Assembly: GCA_012026655.1 (NCBI GenBank)
Contig: JAAILG010000047.1
Coordinates: 62,001-126,000, forward strand
Direction: 5' to 3'
From: Hydrolagus affinis
Taxonomy: Eukaryota
DNA length: 64,000 bases
The notes under the pieces are model-generated. The model did no database searches, had not been told where the DNA came from, and saw only the letters and a program-made list of their open reading frames with translations. Every line of letters begins with the position of its first letter. Within the stretch, counting starts at the first letter, position 1. This document shows positions 22,752-34,300 of the stretch, piece by piece. A program made the translations under genes and the position numbers.

Positions 22752-22900
22752 CTCCGTCCGGCTGTGTCCAGCAGCAATGAGCTAAATATAGGAGGTTGGT
22801 TGGTTGGTTTAACAAGGGGACAGCAGCAGCCTATTCACTGCAGAGCCCTCCCTCACCTGTTCTCACAGACACACAGCCCAAAGTCACCCCCACAATCTGT
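22752..22900 (-). promoter_or_regulatory. MCOLN3: Candidate MCOLN3 non-coding first exon and promoter
   Basis: Strong donors GAG|gtgagt (22752) and CAG|gtgagg (22857), a TATA-like TATATTTA near 22790, and higher GC 1.4 kb upstream of the ATG exon. No transcript evidence. Confidence 0.45.
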
Positions 22901-23078
22901 CACTCAATGGCTGCAGGTTCCCAGCTTCATTCCAGCTCCACTTTCAAATGACATGAAACCTGGACGTCAGCCAACACAATGCAATCGCTTTTGCAAACGG
23001 GAGAGGGACAGGATGCATGCATCTCTGACGCAGATATCTCAAACCGATTGAGGCTGGTCTACATCCACAGAGATCGTT

Positions 23079-23400
23079 TGGAGTCCTGTAGCTCAGTGGT
23101 TAGTTAGAGACCTCGCCTCACCAACAAGAGAATTGGGTTCGATTCCAGGCAAGGCCAAACCATGAGCAAGTTTCCTAACTCCACAGGCCTGATAATAATC
23201 CCTCCCCAAAAACATGAAAAACTTGTCATTTCAAACCACTGCTGTTTGTGGGACACTGCTGGGTGCAATTGGCTACCGCGTTTCACCCACAAATATACCA
23301 GTCAATTCATTTTACAGTGTACCCTGTGAAGCGCTTTGAGACGGCTAGAAAATGTGAAAAGCGCTATATCAAATGCAAGGATTATTATTCATTATTATCA
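23079..23400 (+). mobile_element. Full-length tRNA-headed SINE, same family
   Basis: A box at 23089-23099, consensus B box GGTTCGATTCC at 23136-23146, same body and tail. Confidence 0.9.
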
Positions 23401-24229
23401 TCAAACCACTCTTGCTGGCATTTGAAATGAATTATACAGCTGTATTCTGCTTTGGAAACCTCGACATCATACCATGCGTTTGCTCCACTGAGCTTTTTTT
23501 TTGTTTTGTAGAGACTCAAAAGACAATATTTATTGCTGCTGATCAATTAACGTAAATACCTCCGTGAAACTGTGCATGTCGATAAACACACACGTTCTGA
23601 TTATTTGACAATACTGGATAATTCACTGTGAATTAGGTTGCATTCATGAAACTGTTGGCTGGCGAATGAATGCCTTGGTAAATAATCTATTCATTTAAGA
23701 TAATGGTCTTCTGATTACCACAGAATTATATTCTAAAGGTAGAATTATAAATGCAAGTTGTTGTTGCTATCATTCTAAGGAAGGGAGCAATCGATGCAAT
23801 TTTAAGACGAATGAATATTCAAATTTAATTATGTGCAAGAAACTCACAATAATAATAGTAATAATAATCCTTGCATTTGATATAGCGAGTTTCACGTCTT
23901 CTGGACGTCTCAAAGCGCTTCACAGAATATACTGCAAAGTGAATTGACTGTATATTTTATGTGCAAGGAAGTGGTGGGTGGGCGTGGGGGGGCAGGTAAA
24001 ACTGGGGGCAACTTGAGAGAAAAACCCTAATGGCATAGCAGTGTTGCAGGACAGTGCTCTGCGATACTGAGCTGCCTACAGTGTTCACTGTGTGTGTGAG
24101 GGGGGTGGCAGGGGAGGCTGTATGTGTGTGTGTGTGGGGTAAGGGGTACTTGTGGGGGGGGGGGAGTGTGTGTATGAGATGCTACAATGATACTGCTCCC
24201 CTGTGAAGCTTTGTTTCCAAATGCCTTTG

Positions 24230-24472
24230 TTGGTCACCAAGCCCCGCCCCGATTGTATCCAATTCGAACGCGCGTTCGAGTCAACGTGGGGTACGATTGG
24301 CTGCAACTTCTGTCAATCGACTATAATCCACCCCTTCGCCCCGCCTCCTCATAGCAACCGCCCTGGAGACGAGAGACGCCGGAAGCTCCAGCAGGACAAC
24401 GGATTCTCCTCCACTCACCACAGCCACTCACTCACTCACTCACTCACTGAGCCGAGCCAAAGCAGGGGGTGG
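24230..24472 (+). promoter_or_regulatory. DNAI3: DNAI3/WDR63 CpG-rich promoter and non-coding exon 1
   Basis: GC boxes (gccccgcccc at 24241), inverted CCAAT (gattgg), RFX half X-box catagcaac near 24350 (typical of motile-cilia genes), ETS ccggaag, (CACT)n in the leader, donor GG|gtaaga at 24472. Confidence 0.7.
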
Positions 24473-25200
24473 GTAAGAGACTACTGTGACCTGGGGGTTT
24501 GCGGGTAACTGGTCAGCCGTCCTGACGGTTCTGATCCCGAGTCAAACAGTGTCATTATGTTTATGTTTTTATATATGTACATACATAATAACGTAATAAG
24601 ATGTATTATTATTTATTATTGAGAGGTCCAGAAGACGTGAAAAGCGCTATGTCGAATGAAAGGATTACTATTGTTAATTATATAAACGACTAATGTAGAG
24701 AGGTTGGGGTGGGGAGGGATGGGAGGGCGAGGAAGAGGTGGCGGGGAAGGAGGTGGGAGGGATTGATAGAGTGTGCTAACTATGTTTGAATCAAAAAACG
24801 GGTGAACAACTGTAGTATGTTACCATAGGAGTTTTGCCAACAAATATACAGACAATTCACTTTACAGAATATTCTGTGAAGCGCTTTGAAACATCTAGAA
24901 GATGTGAAAAGCGCTATATCAAATGCAAGGATTATTATTATTCATTAATGTTAATTAATAATAATATGTGTAACATGGGAGTGTGGTACAAAGCTGTATA
25001 TTTTGTGGGTGAAATGAACTGCGGACAGCGGACATTATCAGTCAAGCTTGTGACACTTTTTGAATCCTTCGGGCATATTATTGTTTTCCTCAATTGACAT
25101 TTCTAGTCAGTCAAAACTTCTGTCAGTCTGGCAGCATTTTAAAAACGTAAAATAAAGTATGTTTGTATATACACTTTATTAATAACCTTTACAGATTAAG

Positions 25201-25351
25201 ATGAACGAGAGCAGAAAGGATAGCGTAGATTCAAGAAGTTCCACACCTAAAACTTCCAGAGGATTTACACCAAGGACAAGAAGTTTTGTAGAGCCAGAAA
25301 AAGTCAAATTGATCCCAAGCAGTGGTAAAAGTGGTAAAAAGAAAAAACATG
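25201..25351 (+). CDS. DNAI3: DNAI3 coding exon 1 (MNESRKDS...KKKKH)
   Basis: Acceptor ttacag| at 25195, ATG at 25201, donor G|gtgagt. Confidence 0.75.
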
Positions 25352-28300
25352 GTGAGTTTACTGATACAGACTTTTTTTTCGCATCTTCTAAGAGTAAGGA
25401 TAAGTTTTTTCCCAAAAAAAATTTGAACTAAACTTTTGTATCCCTATTGGATAAAATTGCTTCTAAGAGCCATATAGACCCTGCCTCTTCTCCCAGATTT
25501 AATCCTCACGTGGATTAAATGTGTTTGATCTCACCAGTTTTGGGGGGGGGTGGGGGGTGGCGAGAGAGGCAAAAATCAGATCAATTACTTCCAGGGATCC
25601 CTGTTGGAAAAGGTATGTCTCTTTTTTCCAATCCATTATTATTATTATTTTTATTGCAGAAATATTTTGAAATATTTGATTACCCATGATGTTTATTTCA
25701 GGAAGGAAAGGAGAGGACACATCACATACTGCCGATGGTAAGTTTTTCAGGAATGTTTTCTTCCTGGTGGAGTCCTACAGCTCAGTGATTAGAGCACTTG
25801 CCTTACAAGCAAGAGACCTAGGTTCAATTCTAGGCAGGGTAAAATCTTGGAGAAGGACGGTACCTATGGTCACCTCTCCTTCTCCCTCACTCAGTATCCA
25901 AACCCGCCACTGTACAGTACTCCCAAGATGCTATCCTGTGTGTAAGGTCGCTAATAAATGCAAATTATAGTCGTTGTCTATTTAATTTTCAGAGACCTAT
26001 TTGTTGAAATCCACTATTATTAAGATGCATAAAAACCAAAGTTTCTGCAACAGTTAGTTTAAATTAACTGGAGGGTTGATAGAAAATTAAACTATGACAT
26101 GTTCCTATTTGGCGCTGGTACAGTTTTGGCCCCCAAATGTTAGGATGGGTTGCAGATTTACAACAACCTTTATCTTTTTGTCTTCTTTAATGAGTGGGTT
26201 AATCATTTTGAACTGTTCTAAAATACTTTCAATCACTGTATTTTTAATTACAATTGTCTCAGCAGAAATCCTACTGACTCCCATTACTTAGAGAACCCTG
26301 TAGAAGTTGTATTGTATTTGTTGACAAGATTCCCTTTGTACCAATAAGATAACTACATGAATACAACAAAACTACGAGTCACACTATGTTTTTTGTATCT
26401 TTGGAAGGATTATCTACTTTGCTTTTAGCTCACAGTGATCTAAACACATAGAGTAAATATTTTTTTCATGACCAGCTTCTAAGATCCAGTGGAGAGCGGG
26501 GAGTGGAGGGGTACAATGGACCCCTCCATTGGTGACCGAAGGCACGGTCGAAGAGGAAGGTCGTGAAATAAAACACTATAAATAGAGTGATATTGATGAG
26601 TTACAAATTTATAACAGTCCCTGTAATAATAACTCTTGCATTTGATGTATATAGGGCCTTAACATGCTATTGATATGTTCAAATTGTTTCTCAGGATCTT
26701 ACAACAACAACAACCAACTTACATTTGTATAGCGTCTTTCACTTATTATGCATTTGTAGACAAACACAGCAGCCAATTTGCGCACTGCAATGACCCTGAA
26801 ACAGCAAAGAAGTGAATTACCAATTTTATCTGGGAAATTTTCGGCCAATAATACAAACCTCAATGTTTTTTGCAGGTTCACTTGAAGGCATTGTTCCTCT
26901 TTTTCTTACCCCAAAGACTCAGGAAATCTTCCATTGTACAATTGCTGAAGATATCATGGAAGAAAGACCCTTCATGTTTATCAAAAAAGCAGATATCATT
27001 CGTGACATGCATGAAAGACAAGCTATCTCCGATTTCCACCCAATCAAGCAGACTATTCTTGTTGGTATCATTTTCATTCTACATTATTAAACACCAGTAG
27101 GGAACCTAAATGAAACAAGCTGATGCCAATACTTACTTCCTTTTAAAAACATGTACATTGAGAACGTCTGTAACTGACCAAAACAATCTTTATTTACCTT
27201 TTTGCCTTCAAATAATTCAAATGGATAAAAGATAAGTTCTGACTTGTATTTAAAATGAGATCAGTTCTCCATTATATTATTTGTTTGCTGCAAATTTTAG
27301 AAATAGTACATTCAATCATGTGAGAAAGAAATTAATTCTCAGGAGAGCGCAACCGGGATGGTTGAATGGGCTGAGTTCTAAGGAGAAACCTTTAGAGCAA
27401 TACCTCCAGTTTAAGTAAGTTTATGAGTATTTCCTGAATGCTATCTAGTTTTTTTTTTATCCAGGACTACCCAGAGGAAGAAATTCTGCTTGTGTATGAC
27501 AAAGACTTTTCACACGGACAAAATTTCTACATTGCTGTAAATGAGGCGATGAAGTTGAAAACTGTTAAAGTATGTGATAATCTATGTACAAAATGAAATT
27601 CAATCAGGTAGAGTAAACTGATAGATCGGTGCTATCCCTGTAAAGCATTTGTGAAGAGGATTGAAAACAAAAGCTAATGTTTATTGTTTTCTTCTGTCAC
27701 AATTTCAAAGCTCATGGAAAACATTTGGTCATGTTCCCTGAAGGCAGGGGATGTTTTACGTTTTTCAAATGCAGAATGATTTTGGCAATAGACTAAAATG
27801 CTAAAGATAATTTTTAAAAAGTACTTAACGGTAAATGGGTGGACAGTGGGACACGTGATGTGAAAATGTGTACAGTCCACAATTCCAAATTGTTGATGGT
27901 TGGTCTGGATGATGGTTGGGCTCAGTTATCTCACAACAATTCTGACCTCTAGGTGCCACTGAACTTGAACTTGCCTCCCATGTTTTAGCTTTTTTTTAAA
28001 AAAAGAAAGCTTCTGTTGTTCAATACCATAAAATAAATGCCTTATAATCCAAGTCAAATTGTATTTTATTTTGTGTGAATCGGTTCTTTTAATTTTATTT
28101 CTATTTTTTTTAAAAAAGCATCACCAGTGGAAGGAGACATGGGATTGAAATCCATGCCACAAAGGACACTAACCTTTAATCAGAACCATTCAGTGCTGGA
28201 GACAGTGCGTAGAGAGAGCTGAACAGCAAAGAGGTCATTAGAGCTCAAACAGCCTGGCCACAAGCAATGTCTAGACAAACCCATTGATTGAAAGACCAAT

Positions 28301-31300
28301 GAGTGACAGTTACCTGTGGGACTGCACTGGGAATACAGTCAGGATTTCAGCATAAGAAGGAGAATTAAGGTGGAAATGGTGAAATAATAAATGAATTTGA
28401 GAAGCCATCATTAAGAATTCTTGATTTCTTACAGATGTTAGACCAGAAAGCTGAGGAGGAGGAAGAAGCTTATGTGACCAAATTCTCAGATTTCAAACCC
28501 TGGATTTCTCTGGGCAGCGAAGTTGAAATTGAACATGAAATGGTGAAAGAATCTGAAACTAAGGTCAGAGCTAACATGTCCTTATACTCTTGTATTTCTT
28601 TTGTGAGAGCAAGAGAATAATAATAATAATAATAATCCTTGCATTTCATACAGCACTTTTCAGGTCTCCTAGATGTCTCAAAGCACTTCACAGAATATAC
28701 TATAAAGTGAATTGACTGTATATTTATGGGTGCAAAGCGGCAGCCAATTGCGCACAGCAGTGTCCCACAACAGTCGTGGATTGAAAATGATTAATTTTTT
28801 ATTAATTTTTTTGGACGGATTATTATTATTAGTATTATTATTATCACAACCAAATCATTTAAGATTGCTGTGTTTCTGAAATTTGTAGCTCTCTTCCTGA
28901 CAGAATGGCTAAAATGGCTATCCTTCGCTCTGTGCTGACAATTGCTTCGCAAAACTGTTTGATATCTTTTTGAGAAAGTTACTATTCACCCTCAAACAAA
29001 TGTCATAAAACCACGAGAACTTTGAGACTGAAAGGGATTCTTCACTGTGGGGTTGTACATCAACAACAACAACTACTTGCATTCATATAGCGCCCTTCAC
29101 GCTTGGTAGCGTCACAGAGTGCTCAGTGAAATTAAGTAATTGTTCTGCGTTGTCACCTAGAATGAGTTTGGGCATTTATCACAGAACAATTTCAAGGCCA
29201 TTAGCTCATCCAATCAACCAGAACCCCAAGGCACCCAAATCAAAGATATCTTCAAGTGGTTTAACATTTATCATTTGGCTGCCAGATTTCTGTGAGATAT
29301 TTGTGTCATTAGATTGCCTTGAAGATGTTTCATCAGTTTCACTGTTGATTTGTTTGCCTCTGTGACAAGACCACATCATAAGGTATGTATTTGCTACTTG
29401 TGACTGTAATTACAAATATTTTATTTCTTCAACGTAGCTGAAGTTTAGAATTTCACGTCTCCGCAAAGAGTTTGGAGCGAAAGTGAGTTTTTCTGACCGT
29501 AGTGCCTCTGCGGCGAAGGACAGTTACGTGGAATGTGCTTCCTATCCGGACTCCAGCTTCAGCCTTAAAATGCTAGAGAGGGCTGTGGGGGTACAGGCTG
29601 TTGCGCATTTGCAAGAAACTTCTACGCAGACTAAATGGTAAGTTGCAACATGCTTTCTCCCAGTGCAATATAACTATGATTCCTAAGCCTATACTGGAGT
29701 AAATACTGTAGCTAATGCATAGTATAGCTGATTAGTTGCAAATTAAATTTCACTGGGGGGCATTTTCAATTAGGGTCAAAAGTAGTACTGTACTAACCTA
29801 TTTTGGGGGTGAAGTTCAACCAATCAGTGATGTTACTGATGTTGGTGCTCGTATTGATAATAATATTAATCCTTGCATTTGATATGGTGCTTCTAGACAC
29901 CTCACAGAATATATTGTAAAGTGAATTGTCTGTGTATTTGTGGGCGAAACCCGGCAGCCAACTGTGCACAGCAGTAGTGGAGTTTGTTCTCCCTCCCACC
30001 ACCACCCCCCCTTCCCCCTATCACATTATAAGGGAACACTTTGTTCTGTAGTCAAAATGAAGGCTGCCAGTGCCCATAGACTGGATATCTCACTAGTAAA
30101 AATATTTAGGATTTTGTTGTGTTAAAATGTGGGAATCTATGTTGTTTCAGGACTTATCCAAGGAACGCTTGCACCCAGAGTGTGGCTCGAGAGTTCGCAG
30201 AGGAGACAAAAAAAGAAGTTTTGGAAAGTAAGGACTTCAAAGATTTCATCAACTCGGTTTCCTTAAGGTAAATCTACTGAGCAGTACAACATGTTGCTTT
30301 GCAGAGCAAGGGACATTGTAGAATTAGATATTTTATTCCAATCCTTCACCAGCCCTTTGCTTGCATATTGTGCAGATTATATTCATAGAATAAAAACCAA
30401 GTAACTAAGGTACCACATTCCACTGAGCTTTACAGGCAATCAAAGACTGGGTCTGTACTGAGGTAGCTGATGTCAGCCAATACAGTAATGAAGGGAATGC
30501 TATTACTGTATAATAATCCTTTTATTTTATTTAGTGTCCTTCCAAGGTAAGAATTGGAGAAGGGAAGTAAATACTGGAGAATTATTCTAAGGAAGGCACC
30601 CGACAAACGATCTTATACAATCGTGACTTTTAGTACCAATAATCTTGAGTTAAAGAGTTTACACTGGTCAACAGAACAAAGTGTTTAGGGACTTATCATA
30701 GTATTCTACAACAACAACACTTGAATTTATATTGCACCCTCCATGCTGGGCAGTGTCTCAGAGCGACGGTTTAGATGCACTTTATATTGTTAGCATTAAT
30801 TACATTATGATGTGTACCTCTTTGAGGACAGGTTTGAAGTAGCTTTGCAGCAAAATGAGATCATGGATGTTTTCTACGACGACTGGAAGGGTCTTTCAGA
30901 TGAAGAAAGTGGATTTGGGGGAAAATCAGACAGCCACTTAAAGGAGTACCAGTCCTTCACAGACATACGCCATAGCAAAGGAAAGCGAATCAGCCACATC
31001 GAATGGCATCCAATATTCCCCGGTAAGAGCATCACAACTGAATAACAAGAAACAATAACAACAACCTGCACTGATATAGCGCCCTCCACGCAGGGTAGCA
31101 TCTTAGAGAGCTTAACAGTGGCAGAGCCTGACTCTGAGCTGGTGGGGGGAGAGAGGTGGTCAAAGAGGAGGGTTTTCAGGTGCAACTTAACAAGGGGGAG
31201 AGAGGGGCCAAGGTAAAGGCATTGAGAGAGAGTGGTCCAGGGTTTAAAGCAATACAGATTAAAGCAATGTACAGTATTTAAATTTGCATAATTTGTAGGG

Positions 31301-34300
31301 TATTTTTCAGGAGTGAAGTTATTAAGGATTTTCCTAAATTCATTAAGTTTATGACCGGTTAGAATTCAGCCCAACAACCACAAATTACATTTGTATAGCG
31401 TCTTTCATATCAGGTTACATATTTACATACTCTATAACAATTGGAACCTGTAGAAAAATGCCCCATCCATTCAAATTTTATTGAATCTTACTGCCGACAG
31501 CATTACCATACATATAGAATTAAAAAGTATGATTAAAATATGTGGCACTGTCAGCAGTTACTGTCATATGTAGATAACAAAAAAAAATACTGTGACAGTC
31601 GTTGAATAATTTCTCAGAATAATTAGATCACTGTTCTTGTATCGAGTATCAACTTCTAGAACAATTTTGGAAAGATTTGTGTTGTACATAAATTTTAGCA
31701 GCTCTTAGTTGTTCTAGATTGTCAAACCATTTCAGAGAAAATAAATACTAAAAGATGTTCAATGATTATTGCACGCGTTGATAATTTGATAATCAAGATA
31801 ACATTTGTAGTTAACAATTAATTCTGGGTGCTTTCTGTTCATTATCAGGAATAATTGCCGTCTCTATAGTGGAGAATGTTTCCATGGAAGACAAGATGAA
31901 TTCAAACATTAAACCATTTGCAAATGCTTCGTATATTCTTTTCTGGAATTTTAATGATCCCATACACCCTCAGGTATACAGAAATCCTTTGCATATTATA
32001 GGTGAAATAACTCCTTCACGATTTAACAAAAAATTATGTTTGTTCATTATATTATGTGATTTCTCAGATGAAGCACTAGATGGTGCTCAGCACAGTGGCT
32101 AATGGAATGCAGCTTTAAAGTGATCACAGCCATCTAAGCAGAAATGAGTTAGAAATGATTCCATGTTGATGCTTTAAAATAAATCACAAAATTTATCAAC
32201 TAATCAGTCTGGCATACAATTCCCCGAATTTGAGAGTCGTGGTAATTGTGTGTTCTCTTGTACATTTCAGGTAATTCTGGAGTGCCCGGAAGACATAAAC
32301 AGTTTTCAGTTTTGTCCGACTGATCCAAATGTCATTGCTGGAGGCTGTAAAAATGGGCAGGTACTTGTGTATTTTTTAGTTAGCTGTTAAGTCCAACAAC
32401 AGGTCTATATTTATTCTAAGATTGTAATTAAGGAAAATTGCTAATTAATTTATTTTAAAACTAATTTAGTGCAGAAATTAATGTTTCTAATTAATTTTCG
32501 CCCACAAAATACACAGTCACAACACTTTACAATATATTATGTGAATTGCTTGGATATGTCTCGAAGGTGTGATAAATTGCAGTATCAAATACAAAGATTA
32601 TTATTTACTATTATTCCATTAAATGTTTTGTGACCATTAGTAATTGCTTTATACAGTGCAATGTAAATATGCAAATGGTTTCATTATATCTGCTGTGTGA
32701 TCACACTGGTTTTGTTTTTATCTCTAGGTGGTGCTGTGGGACATCTCTGCATTTCAGGACAAGTTACTCAATAACAAAGCTGGAGGGAAGACCGATGTCA
32801 AAGCTAACTTATTGGTGAGTGTCTGAGAGGCCTCAGGATTAATTCAATAGAGGGTCAAATGGTGGAGAACTTTTCACTGTAAGGCACAGATGGACAGCAG
32901 ATGTTCTAGATTAAAACCAATTTAACACGCAGCTCAGCAGATGTGAATTTCAACTGAGAGATACTTCCAGAACATGTTTAGATAACGCGTGAATAAATGC
33001 CTCTCCAGAACTTTGACACACAATCAAATCAATCTGCTGCACTGAAAATAATGAATGCGCTGTCACTAAAGTGGCCTGCAATCCTGGGAAATAGGACACA
33101 GATTACTGACAGTGTTTACGATGGACAGGGGTTAATGCCCTGGGTTGTTTAAAGCAATTTTTTTTCCCAGATCTGTCAATTGTAAAATATTCAAACATTA
33201 TACAAGTTCCCCTCTAAAAGTTTACGCTTTAGATCAACCAGTGCTTCCAGACTTTCCATAGGCATGATCATCTTCAAAATCAGTGAGTTCAGTCAGAGGG
33301 CTCGTCGGTTATCCCTCCACGACATTATGAGAACGTTAGCACCATGATAGTATTTGTGCTTAAATAACCCATGTAATTGGAGGAACATTTGTGTGAAAAC
33401 AGAATTGGGCGCGCTTGAGAGATCCCACTGTGATCGCCTACCATCATAAACCATCCGTTTACCTGGATGAGGAGTACCTCAGCAGTGAATCCAGCTGCAC
33501 TCGTGGAAACATATTCCGGAGACAAAAAGTAGTCAAACTCCTTTTAGGAGAGGATGCTGAGGGAAGGGGGAGAAAAACACGCGTAACCATTAATATTCCT
33601 TGATGAGGATTCTTTTCAAAAGATTTTGTGAACAAACACTTCTCCATTTCATTAAAAAAAATTGAAGCATTCCACACCAAACGTTAATATTATTTGATTG
33701 TAAAACGGTTAATCTGTCAAGGGTTTGAGCTGTACAACAATTGATGTGGTTTGTACCTCTCACAACTGACATCTCAGCACAGGTGTTAACTCCCAGGTGT
33801 TCTGCCTGAAGGTAGGGTTTAGTTTTCCTCTTCATCCCCCAATCTAATGAAGTAACTTGCTAGATAGAGTAAATGTGATACTTTATGCCACCCAGAGAAT
33901 TCACTTCATTTGTAGTTCAGCTGTGCTGTATTTTTTCCTTGGGTTGAGACTAATATTTGCGGAAACATTTTTAAAAAGATTCCAAATAGCGAAACAAAAT
34001 ATAAAATCCAGAGAATCGGATTCTCTTTTACTTCAATATATTGGATTTTTAAAAAAAAACTACTTCTTCAAGTGTCAACAAGTTTGGTTATATGACGACA
34101 CACTGATTGAACACTTGACTCTCTGAGCGGCAAAGCTGAAATGGTTAAAGCTTTTCACAAAGCAAATGGGGTGCCACAGTAGCTTTGTGGCCTTTGGTAA
34201 ATTTAGTGCATTGTATTACCAATGCCTTACAATCCTCATGAAACTATTGAAAAGTAACTGTGGAGCACGGTATTTGGCTGTGTCTGGCAGTTGAGGAGGC

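Noticed and set aside
23079-23160. tRNA-like sequences with A and B boxes (also near 9600, 25767, 52350, 56250, 56673)
   Set aside because: They are SINE heads that run into the SINE body, with no closed cloverleaf or poly-T terminator.
24700-24762. G-run cluster with G-quadruplex potential
   Set aside because: Such tracts are common here, often as decayed L2 3' UTRs, and nothing else supports a function.
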